NCBI GenBank assembly: GCA_030265305.1
Contig: JASAOG010000079.1
Coordinates: forward strand, 301,331 to 365,330
DNA: 64,000 bases
Direction: 5' to 3'
DNA from: Biomphalaria pfeifferi
Taxonomy: Eukaryota
Shown here: positions 38,001-50,000 of the stretch, piece after piece
Layout: the number at the start of each line of letters is the position of its first letter
Position numbering within the stretch: position 1 is the first letter of the stretch
Program-made: the position numbers and the translations under genes
Notes under the pieces: model-generated
What the model saw: only the letters and a program-made list of their open reading frames with translations
The model's database searches: none
Told to the model about the DNA's origin: nothing

Positions 38001-41000
38001 TTTTTTTTCTAAATTAAAACCTTTAATAATTGTCTTGCATTAAAAATATTTGCGACAATTTTATATGATCAATTTAGAATAAAAAAAATTAAATTGTATT
38101 GCTTTGAATTTAGTCCAGTGAACTGTGTTGACTTCCATCCTAATGAAGAGCAGATAGTAGTTGGAAGTTGGGACTCTTTGATACGTATTTACAACTATTT
38201 TCACAAGACTCGGATAGCTGTAAGTCTGTCTTTTCATTAGTTTGTTTTGCATTAACACATTGGAAAAGAATAATTTACTTTTTATGTGTGTTCAGATGTA
38301 ATACTGGATAGCTTCATATAATGTCTTAAACTCAGTATCTAAAAATAATTTTAAAAAATATTCTAATTTGGTATTAGCCACATGACAGATACAAGTCTCC
38401 TTTAATACTAGGTAATGGACAAGTGATATAAAGCTGAATTTTCTATAAATTAATTATAGAAATTATTTAGTATATATATAATTTTTTGTGTGTACCAAAT
38501 GTTTACTTAGATTCTGCATGGCCACAGTACATCTGTAAGAGATATTGCATATTCTGTTGATGGAAGACATTTAGCATCCGCTTCTCTCGATGGAGACATT
38601 AAAATTTGGGCAGCTGATAAAGGCTCTCAGGTAAATCATTATTTTGGTTATTTTAACATATGATTTACATTATTAAACTTAAAATTTGATGTTGGCCCAT
38701 GGATTGTTACTGAAGTCTTTTTAAGGAGTAATTGTTTTATAAGTGTTTTCTTAAAGCTCTTCACTATAAAGTGGGCCTCGATGTAACTACTATTTCAGTG
38801 CTTAACAGTATTTTAGGATCAAATATAAGATAAGATAAAAAAAATTAGTTGGATCTTTTCCATGGTGCTCAGAGATAATTTAAATCAGCATATAACTAAA
38901 ATTAAAATTGTAATCTTTAATGGTGGTTTCCCTACTTATTTACATGGTTTAGAAAATTGAAAAGTGTATCTATCTGAGAATAAATGCCATAGAAAATTAC
39001 TGTTTTCCTTAACTATTTTATTTATAGTTTTGAACAGATATGTCGTACTCTTTTTCTTGACTATAACATTTCTTTTTTTAAAGGTAGGAAATGTCAAAGG
39101 TCATTGTGGACCAATAAGCAAATTGGCATTTTCTCCTAGTGGGAAAGAGCTTGTTACTGCTGGAGAAGACCATCAGATAAAGGTAGTTCTACTTTTCATT
39201 TTAAAGTTCTACTTTCATTTTATTCTTATCCCAACTTGTTCAGTAATATTTATTCTGTTATTATCTGTTCAACAAAGGGTGCATCGTCTGTTATAAGATG
39301 CCAGATAATTTAAAACATGTTGAAAACTTGTTAAATCTTGTTTAAACATAGCTTAGAATAACAAAAACAAATATTTAGCCTCTAAAAATTCATTTTTGGT
39401 GAATTTGAACTTTTGGTTCTCATCATTACATACCTTTTTTTTCCTCGGTAAGGAGACCATATGTCTTCCTTTATCATGATTTCTGTATCATTTTGGATGA
39501 ATTAATGTAACCAGTGAAAAGGCAAATTTGGAAAATACCTGCGATAAAATGTTTGTTTGTTTGTAAAATGTTTTACATGTTTCGTATGTTCCTTCAGAGT
39601 TGAAGATAATTACTTCCTAGTCCAAACCTCCCGCAGGACAACAGGGGATGGGAGCGGGCAGGGTTTGAACCCGGGACCACCGATAAATCTGAACGACAGT
39701 CCAGCGCGCAAACCGCACTACCAAGGATACTTGGTAGTTACAAGCATGAAAATTTCATATTGCATCCTAGAGCATAATGAGATATTATTTGCTCAAGCAA
39801 CAAATCAAATGTTTACAGTTTTATGGAATGTATTCTTTTGAATGATTGAGTTCATTAGAAAAAATTATGGAAAGATTTTTAAGTTTGAACATTTAAAAAT
39901 TTTTTTTAAATGTTCAATTTTTGTTAATTTTAGACTTTACATCAGAAAAAAAAATTGTAAAAAAGAAATAATTTAAATCATTTGCTTAGACTTTTTACAA
40001 ATCCTTTGTACCAATAAAATGAAAGGGAAAGAGAAGGTGGCTTGTATGTATACATATTTATAGACAAATTAAGATTGCCACAATAAAAAAAAAAGAAAGA
40101 CACTGGTAAATAGTGTGTTATAATTTTAAAATCTTGTTTTGATTCTAATTCTACCAAGGTGTGGTCTGGTGAATTGGGCATTCCTCTCCACAAACTTCCT
40201 ACCACCCCATTGGGTGCAGCAGTTTCTGTTGCTATAGCACCAGATGGACACACTGTAGCTGTTGGCTATCACCTGGGAGCAGTTCGCTTGTATGATCTAA
40301 ACACAGGTAAAAAAAAAATATTTTTTCCGGCAAACTTTTAGAAAATTCATTGCATCCATCACTGTTAGTAAAAAAATGTTACTGAAAAAAGACACTCACA
40401 GAACACAATTTGTTTTCAAAAAGTGTTAAAAAATGAATTTTATATCATTTTATGAATTCTTATCGTTTTAGTATTGTTTTAAACAGGAAATATAGGTAAA
40501 CATTTTTTTTTTTTTTTTATTGGAAACAAAGCATTATTTTTAGTATAACAAAATTAAAAGAAACCAGAAATAAACTTAACTCAAATATTCTGAGACTTAA
40601 ACAAAACATTTTTCTGTAAACTCTAAAAGTTTAAAAATATGGAAATATTTTTTTTCTTTTACCATAAAAAGTTGGAGGAGAAATATTTGATGTTTTACAT
40701 TTAGTCTCTAAAGAAATTGACCTGTTCAATCATAATAATATAATGACAATGGTTTACATTCACATGTTTTCTAAGTAAAAACAGACTTTATGTATAATTT
40801 TATGTATTCAATACATTGAATATATTTTTTTCTTTAAGTGCATTTAAACTTGTTTAAAAAGTTTTTCTTTCCTGAATATTAAATATTTTCCCCTTGAGTC
40901 AAAACTGTGTTGAGTAATATATTATTTATACTACCATTATTACAGGTGTCAAGATGTTTGAAGTCAAACTAACAACACCTTGTGCTGTCAGAGCTTTGAC

Positions 41001-44000
41001 TTTCTCTAAGAATGGCAATTATATTCTGTCTGGTAGTGATGATGCCATTGTCCAGGTATTTTTTCTAGTTTTCATTTAAATCCTCTTAATCTACATGTCT
41101 CATTGATGTAAGCATCTCAACTTCTCATCTCTGCCTGTGGTCCCATCTGGGGGCATTTGCAACCAACTTGCTTTCTCCAGGCATCTCGGTTCTGGTCTCT
41201 CCAACTATTCCTGGGCCTTCTTCCTTCCTAGGGGTTCCAGGTGAGGTCTTACCTTGTAAAGTTGGATTCAGGTTTGTAAAGGGTGTGGCCTATCTATTTC
41301 CAGCATCTCAGAAGGATATCGACTTCTAATATTTCAAGCAAATTATTAGTTTAAGCTTGGCATCTGTCATAATGAACAAACTAAATCTGGAAGAGTAACA
41401 TCAGCTTCCTAGGAAAATTAAAACTGTATTTTTTGTTATTGGTCTCTTTAATCCTATATGGACACTCAACGCTGAGGCTGAAAGAAGAATTCAAGGCTTT
41501 CATAGTAAATGCAACAAAAAAACGCTGGGTATCAGATACCAGGAAAAGAAGAAAAATGAGTTAGTACTTTTTTTTTTTAAGTTGTACTTTTACAAGTCAA
41601 CTCTCTGGGTGGCAAAAAGAAGGGACTCCTTAATACTGTGAAGAGACAAAAGCTCAGCTAGTTAGGTTAAATTGCAGGACATGACTCACTGTCAAAAGTC
41701 ATCCTTCAAGGTACAGTGGATGGAGCAGGAAGAAAAGTCATCCTTAGAAAAGTTTGTTCTACAACATAATAGAATGGACCAGCCATCCTCTTGTCTTGAT
41801 ATCCTGCTAAGAACAGCTGCTGACCTAAAACAAAAGTCAAGGGATTTGGTTACTTGAACTGTCACTACAACCCTATGAAGGAAGTTTATAGACAGATGAT
41901 GATGATTATAATGGTTAGCTTTCAGCCTGTTTAAAAATTTAAAATGCATCAAATTAAAAAAAAAAATCTTCAGGATGTTAACAAGTTTTAAAAACATAAA
42001 ATGTTGAAAAATGATGAATGTATTTTGTGTTTGAATCTAGGTATTTGAAAATGGCCAAGGGTCCAAAGTGTGTACACTAGTAGGACACAGAAAAGCAGTT
42101 TTGTGTCTCTACACTAGCAAATCTTATGTCGCAAGTGGTGGTGAAGACTTCACTTGTTGTATCTATGAAGATATTCAAAGACTCAAAAGCTCAAAAAAGT
42201 AAGTACAGGTTGGAATTATACTAACTTTATAAAAATTCAGTGATTCAATTTACTAACAACACTAATTTACTAAAGGTAAAAACTAGTTGCAATGATAGCC
42301 AAATGTTTTTTTTTTTTTTCAGAGCTGAACCTCATATAGTTCTTAAAGGTCACATTGGACCTGTAACATCATGCTGTATCAATGATGAAGAAAGTCTGTT
42401 GGCTACAGCCAGTAGAGATGCTGTGAGTAATAAAGACGAACCATTTCATTATGATTGTTCAGAGTTAGCAAAATGGTTTGGCTACTTTTGGATTTTTTTA
42501 GTTTTGCATGAACTATTATAGTGAGTGATAGATTTTTGATAATCGAACTGTATTTAGGAAGTAAATTTGAAACAATTTTTTGTATATTTTAAATTGTCTA
42601 TTTTTAAATAAGAAGTATTATACTGTTCACAGAGTATTAGGATTTATAATCTGAGGGACATTTTCATCACAAGTGATCCACAACCCAGTCAGACAATTGA
42701 TGCTTGTCATGCAGACTGGATAAATGCAGCTCAGTGGTCAAACACAGGGCAATTTTTAGTATGTTTTTTTAGGTCTACGTTTATTTTGATTTAGCTTTAT
42801 TTTATTTATTTTTTTATCCTTTCATAGTCTAAGTATCACTAGAGCCAGACTGGGATGGGCTAAGGTCTATACATCAGGTCTAATATTTTAAATACGAAAA
42901 CTGTCCAAACGTATCAGATCACTAAATTATGTAAAGTTCCCACTTTCAGAACTTGCGATCTATGGGGTAGATGATGTAAAGGTCATCTGTTTCTGTGGGC
43001 CATAGTTAACAAGGGTGTCTGACTGTCATGTGGCCAGCACAACCACCTATGGCTTTTACTTTTTCCCAATTAATGTCAAATACTTTGAAATAGTTATACT
43101 TAACTATAAGTTACAAATACATATTTTTTTGTGTGTTAATAAATCATGTGAACCAAAGCTAAATTCAGAATATTAAATTAAGATTTTTTTATTTTTTTTG
43201 TTTCTAGGTGACAGCTTCCAATGATTTTAATTTAAAATTATGGGATGTGAAAAGTGGAACTGAGAAACTGCTTCTCTCTGGACATATATCAGCAGTAAAC
43301 TGTGTGGCATTCAAGGTGAATACAAAATATATATGAGATTTATGAATTCCTTCATTGTTTTAGGGAAAAATGTGATTTAGATTATAATGAAAAAGTGACA
43401 AATATGTGATTGAGATTATAATGGATAAAGTGACATTGATAGGTATTGTTTGTTTAGGACATTTATCATCATGATATGGGTGGGAAAAAAAATAAAATAG
43501 ATTGCACATGGTTTAATATGATTGTTATTATAAAATGTAATCTAAAATTATATTTTAGTGGGTAATGTTAATAATATCAGAACTAAAAGGCAAAGGTGTA
43601 AGGGTCAGATTTATTTGTTTTAACAAAATTTCAGGTTTCATTTGTTAAGTCAAGAATTTCTGATTTTTTTTTAGCCTAAACATTACTATTTGATTAATTT
43701 ATCCAACACTTCTGCAGAGGCTAGTATCTGCTCATATTTTTCCTGCAGGCTAAGTTATTTCCAAGGGTTTTGTAGACAATCTTCCTGATCCTATTACTAG
43801 TATCAGCTTGATGGAATCATTATCACAAGAACAATCCAACTTGTGTTATGCTTACATGAACCCTCCTCTCTGATAAAATCTATCCTGACTCCTAATGTAG
43901 TTTGCCAATAAGAGATCACTGTAAAATGTACACTCAGATATCTACAAGCAAAACATATATAGCTCCTCCTTCGTGATCAAAGATGAGCACATTTCTCATT

Positions 44001-47000
44001 TCCTATGGACTCAAAGATGACTGTGGGAAGCGTGGTCGAGAGGCCAAGTGCGCTTGAACTTGGCTTGGCATGGCTACCTAGAAGGGGGCTCAAGGTTCGA
44101 CACCCGACTCGAGCAGAGTTGTGTTTACTGAGCGCCTAGAGGCAGCACGGAAAACCAACTCTTAGATACCCCCTCCCCCCCACTGGTCTCACAAATGAGA
44201 TTGGACCAAAAGCGCTCTGAGCATGCTATAAGCTAAGCATGAAAGTAGCGCTATATGAAAGCTATAATGATAATAAAAAAATAAAAAAATAGTGACTGTA
44301 AAGTCCAATCCTTGCTTTAAATAAAAGCTGGCAGCATGCGTGACATGGGTATATTTGGTCAGTTACAGAAAGACCTGCTTCTTCTCTCAGCTTTTTGTTG
44401 TTTTGGCGCTCTTTCACCCTGGCCTTGAAAATGTCTAATTAATTTGTAGAGTGCTGTTGTCATCAGCTCATGTATAAAACAAAGTATTGCATCACTTCCG
44501 CTCTCTTTGGGGTTTTCTTTTTCAGCTCAAATGAATATTATGAAAAATACTTTTAGGAGCTTATTGAAATTGATACACATTTAAACTTGGAGACTGTCTA
44601 AGAGCAGGGTAGTAATCAAAGAGATTTTAATGACAATTAATAACAAACAGTTAAGAGGAGCTAGACTTCTTTTCACTTAAAACAGGATAATCCTATTATT
44701 GTATACCAGTTAATTAAAGCCCCACTCTCACCAGCAATCTCTGACTCAATACAGAAAAAAAAACAAAGCAACAAAAAACAGTAACTTTTTCACTAAATCT
44801 ACATAAAAATTAAACTTATGGGAAGAACATAAGAAAAATGTGCATTCATAATAGGAAAAAAAACTATAGCCATTCAGTATGTGCAATTTTTTTATGAGGT
44901 ATGTGTAATTACGTTGTTTTTTTTGTGGATCGATATATGAAGTATATTACTGAAAAAATTAGTTAACAATTTTGTGCAATTTCTCTTTAGTATGGATGTA
45001 TTGTGTCAGGCAGCAGTGATGGTCATCTTAAAGTCTGGTCTCACAAAGGTGTGTCCATCACGACACTCTTTGGTCACTCACTGAGGGTCAATGCTTGTGA
45101 CATGTATGTGAAAATTAAGTCGAAGGATAGTGGTATGTACACCATAGCTAGCTCATACATATGCAACTAAAAATAGTGGCAGGTCCTTCATATCTGCATA
45201 AGTTTCTTTTTCTTTTACCAGTTCATAGTATTAATCTACACTCACAATGGACTAGTCATTTGTAGGGTCCTGGCTTAGTTACCTTTTTTGTTATGTGCCA
45301 AATTGTAACTTATCAATAGATTAGAAAAAAACAGCAACACATTTTTTTTAGTGTAAATAAATAAAACCACAAATATATTTGGTATCAGATGAAGAAGATG
45401 GACTAGAAAAGAGTTGGGCTGAGATTGCCATGGAGACTGAGGATGAAAGATCAGATGAAAAAAAGCCAGTCAAAAAGGGTGACATAAACATGCAAGATGT
45501 TATCGTGGCCTCCGCTGGGGATGATGGAGAGGTTTGGATATGGAGACCTCTTCAGGTATGTTACAAATTAAACTTGTATAGCATTTATATATACTGTAGT
45601 TTAAATGCTAAAAATTGGTCTTCAAGTGTTAGATTCTTAGGAGTCTCAACTAACAGAATCATCAATTACTGTCTAATAGTCATCATTTTATAGCATATTA
45701 TTATTATATTTTAACATTAACATTTTATAGCCTTTTGACATCACCCTTTTATATAATTGATGTAATTGTTTGAATGTGTTCATCACCCTTTTATATAATT
45801 GATATAATTGTTTGAATGTTATCATCACCCTTTTATATAATTGATATAATTGTTTGAATGTTATCATCACCCTGTTATATAATTGATATAATTGTTTGAA
45901 TGTGTCCATCACCCTTTTATATAATTGATGTAATTGTTTGAATGTGTTCATCACCCTTTTATATAATTGATATAATTGTTTGAATGTTATCATCACCCTT
46001 TTATATAATTGATATAATTGTTTGAATGTTATCATCACCCTGTTATATAATTGATATAATTGTTTGAATGTGTCCATCACCCTTTTATATAATTGATATA
46101 ATTGTTTGAATGTGTTTCTTTCAGGCTAACAGTCTTGCTTGCCTTACTGGACATTCAAACAGGGTTCTCTCTGTAGACATTGACAAGCACTGTCACATAG
46201 CTAGCAGCTCTCTTGATCACTCTGTTAGATTGTGGCAACCAAGTTTCATTAAAGAAAATAGTTCAGTGAAACATGATAGCCCTGTCACTTTCTTGTCTGT
46301 GCTTGGCAACTTAGCTTTATCTGGCAGCAGGTACAGAAACTCAAGATTTGTAAAATGTTTTTTTAAAACAAAAGTATTATATAAACTTATTTTATTTTTA
46401 TTTTGAAATAAATAAACAAAACATTTGTCTTTATGTTTTAGAAAAAAACAATCTTGGAAAAAATTTAAAATTATGTTTTTTTTTAATGTGGTCTTCATAT
46501 TGTATCACATTTCTAGCTTCAATTGTTTCATTTTCATCTTTAGAAACATTCTCTTTGTAAGTCATCTAATAAAATCAACATTTAATTATTTTTTTCAGAG
46601 ATGGTATTGTGAAGATTTGGAAAAAAGATTCTGAAAACAAGTTTCAGTTGCAGCACAGTTACCAGGTAGAGGGCTCAGCTAAAATAATTTAATCAAACCA
46701 AATAAAAAATAATTTTAGTTTGATGTTTTTCTAATGAGAAAAAAAACAAGTTTTCTATAATACAATATAATACTATTGTTTCTGCATTAAAGATTCATCC
46801 CATGGACTAAGTGTAACTTGTTTAAAGACTCAAGCACTTAACAATTGTTGTTTAGATGGACTATTTGATAGTCTTAACACTCAAAGGATGTGTGACTGTT
46901 ATCAGGCGTAAATTTTCAGTTTATGTATTAGTCCTTCATAGCAATCATCTATTTAAAAAAATAAGCTTACAACTTTAGAAAAATCATTTTACTCCATGGC

Positions 47001-50000
47001 TCTTTACTGTTTTGTTTGTGTTTTGAAGGATTTTATCAGTTTTTTTTTTATAATTAAAACATTGATCATTTGAAACAAAATGATTTAGTTTAATAATGTA
47101 GGTGATAATTAAATAAATTTGAAATTACTTTGAATTACTTATATATGTATATATATATATATATATTATGTTTTAACTTTATATTAACTTCCTACTCAAA
47201 ATGGATTTAATATAATAGCCTAGATTTAGACAATTAGAATTTTTAGATCTAGATACTGTTTCTAAGACCTGAATTATATTCTAGATCTTAGTTTTTGTCT
47301 TTATTTGTACAGTCAAATGTTGGCTAAAACCACAATCCGTTCTGGTTTGCTGGTTAGGATTGGTATCCAAAATAATTTTTTAAGAAATAAAGAAAATTCA
47401 CTTGCCAAGGTTCCACTGTATACGGCAGATAACCATAGAGACTTCTTGACATTGAAAAGTAAATAGTTTCTGTATTTTTGATTTTTGTAAATACTTGATT
47501 GAAGTTTTCTTGACAATTTTTGAGGTGAAGATTTTGGTTTGATTTGCTAGGCTCATGAAAAATCTGTCAATTGTGGAAGTTTTGACTCCTATTCTGGAGA
47601 CAAATTTTGGACTGGAGGTGATGACAACTATGTTTATCTTTGGGAAATAATTGACCGTAAAGATGGCTTTTTTGTCAGGTATTATTTTTTAAACTATAAA
47701 ATGTAGAATATATATTTATTAGCTTTTTTTTTTCAAGAAACTATTTTTACTGACTTAGATTTTAAAATAAACTTTGTATATTTTATAGAAAGAGACACTT
47801 CTACAACACAGATATGCCTGTTGCAGCTTTAGCCTCAACTCTTAACCCTGGACAGTTCATTTACACCACTTGGAGTGGAGCCATTTTTCTTTATGATAAA
47901 GCACCAAAGTTTCTTTACAGGTCAGTTCTACAAAATTGACTAATTTGCAAAGCTTATTGAGTTGTTAAATCTGCCAATATCTGAATTTAATACTTTCATG
48001 CTAAGGTAAACTCATTTCATATCTTGTAGCACTTATGAATAAGCTGGTCTCTTTAGGATCTCCAGAGAGAAGTGTTTGCAGTTGTGTTATGGAGTGTGTG
48101 TATGTGTGTGTGTGTTACAATGAGGATGGTGGAAGAGGTTAGCGATTGGTTGGTAGCTATGTAGTGTGAATGATGCAAGATACGAGGCATTTAATTGGTA
48201 GACTGCAGACAACTGAAAAGAAGTGTTTTTGTAGTGAGTTAGATTTTGTTCAAAATATCATTTTATATTATTATTAAAGTCTACTACATTTATTTCCTCT
48301 CAAGTTGACTTTGTCTAATATTGTTCACAAAGAATTTTTTTAAAGTTATTTCAAGTTTTATAAGTTGAGATATAATATGCCTACAGTGGTTTAGTTTTCT
48401 AACAGCAGTTTGGTGCTACCAGTCAACAACTATTCACGACAATTTGACTTTTTTCATAATAGATTCAATGGGTGGGTGACTTTAATTTAAACCTTTTTAT
48501 TTTCCCTTTTTCAAAACATTGTAAAGTTTAGCAGCATAGAACTGATAGGTCCAGACATTTCAGGGTAAGGACTCTTGCATTGTTAGATCTTTTCAAACTT
48601 TTTTTAGAAGTTGGACTTACTTTTCATTAGCATTAAACACCAAGTTACTATCCACATTTTCAACTGACTATCCCCAATAAAAAATTTACATTATACACTA
48701 TTCTATTTGTCAATAATTATAGCATTAGTCAGTTGAACATAATAATCATTCTACTTTTCTTTATGGAAAAATAAGCTTGGTTTTAGGAGTATTTTGGAAT
48801 GCATTTACAGTTGAGAAACAGATTGACACTTCGATATACTGGTACACATTGTAATGAGCTTATAGTCTTAAGCTTATATGTTTCATTTTGCTGTTCTAAT
48901 TAATTAACAGTATCAAGTGGAATCATCAATCAGCACAGAGAGGAGCATTAGTTGCAGTCAACAAGTGGGCTCAATCCCTACTTGTTAGGCAAGATGAGCC
49001 CGATCATTTTATCATTGGATCAAACTGTAATGAATTAATTTCTCTGCAGTTGGAATCCAATTCGACTGTAAGTTATCATATAGCTTGTAAATTATCAATA
49101 CAGCCATATTAATAAGTTACCAACACAGCTGTCACTTACCACCACAAGATACAATAATAAAAATAAATCTAATGTGCTCCATTTATTATATGTATTCAAC
49201 TAGCAACTGTTTCATTATCCAAATTGTGTTAAGTATAATGTGTTGTTAAACAATTTTACTCTGCAAAAACTCTCTTTCCATAACTATGCTAGAAAGTTAT
49301 TTCTTCTAGACTGTTACTTCTTATATTCTAGGAAGCTGTAGTCAATAGCAAGGTAACTATTTCTGCTGAAGAGACTGACAGAAATGATGTGAAAAAGCCA
49401 CCAAACTGGGTCAATGCCATTGCTTATAGTAATGGTCTGATTTTTGCTGGAGACTCTTCTGGACAAATTTTTTTAACTGGCTTGGGCTATAAGATGACTG
49501 TTAAGGTAATGCAAATTTAAATAAATCTAAATAGATCTAATTCAAATTAATGACCCACTAAAAATACTTTTCAACTTCAACAAAAAAACAGCGACTTTCA
49601 TTATTTTTGGATGACATACATTTTCAAGCTGCCAAAAAAATGTACTGACTTCTTACTAAAAAAAAAAGATTGGACTAAATTTATAACAATATAATGGCCT
49701 CAGTTGATAAGTAATCTGAATCTTCAAACAATGAAACCAAAAATTAGAAATGGGGTATCACCATTTTTCCACAAGCTGTTTTCAATTGTTTAGAATCTCA
49801 TAAAACATTTCTTGTTTTTTTGTTTGTTTTCTTTTTAGATTCACAGGTCAGCCATTACTTCTGTCCAGGTTAGCGAACCATTATTAATCACCTGTTCCCT
49901 GGATAGTACCATTAAAGTCTGGAACTTTAAGTATCAAGACGATTTCTATATGAATCAAGTAAGTGTAAGAAAACAAATCTTTTGGCTTAGCACAGTGATT

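Noticed and set aside
45688-46080. 130-aa minus-strand ORF with a 14-aa periodic repeat
   Set aside because: It is the translation of a 42-bp minisatellite inside a TEP1 intron; the absence of stops is expected for a stop-free unit whose length is a multiple of 3.
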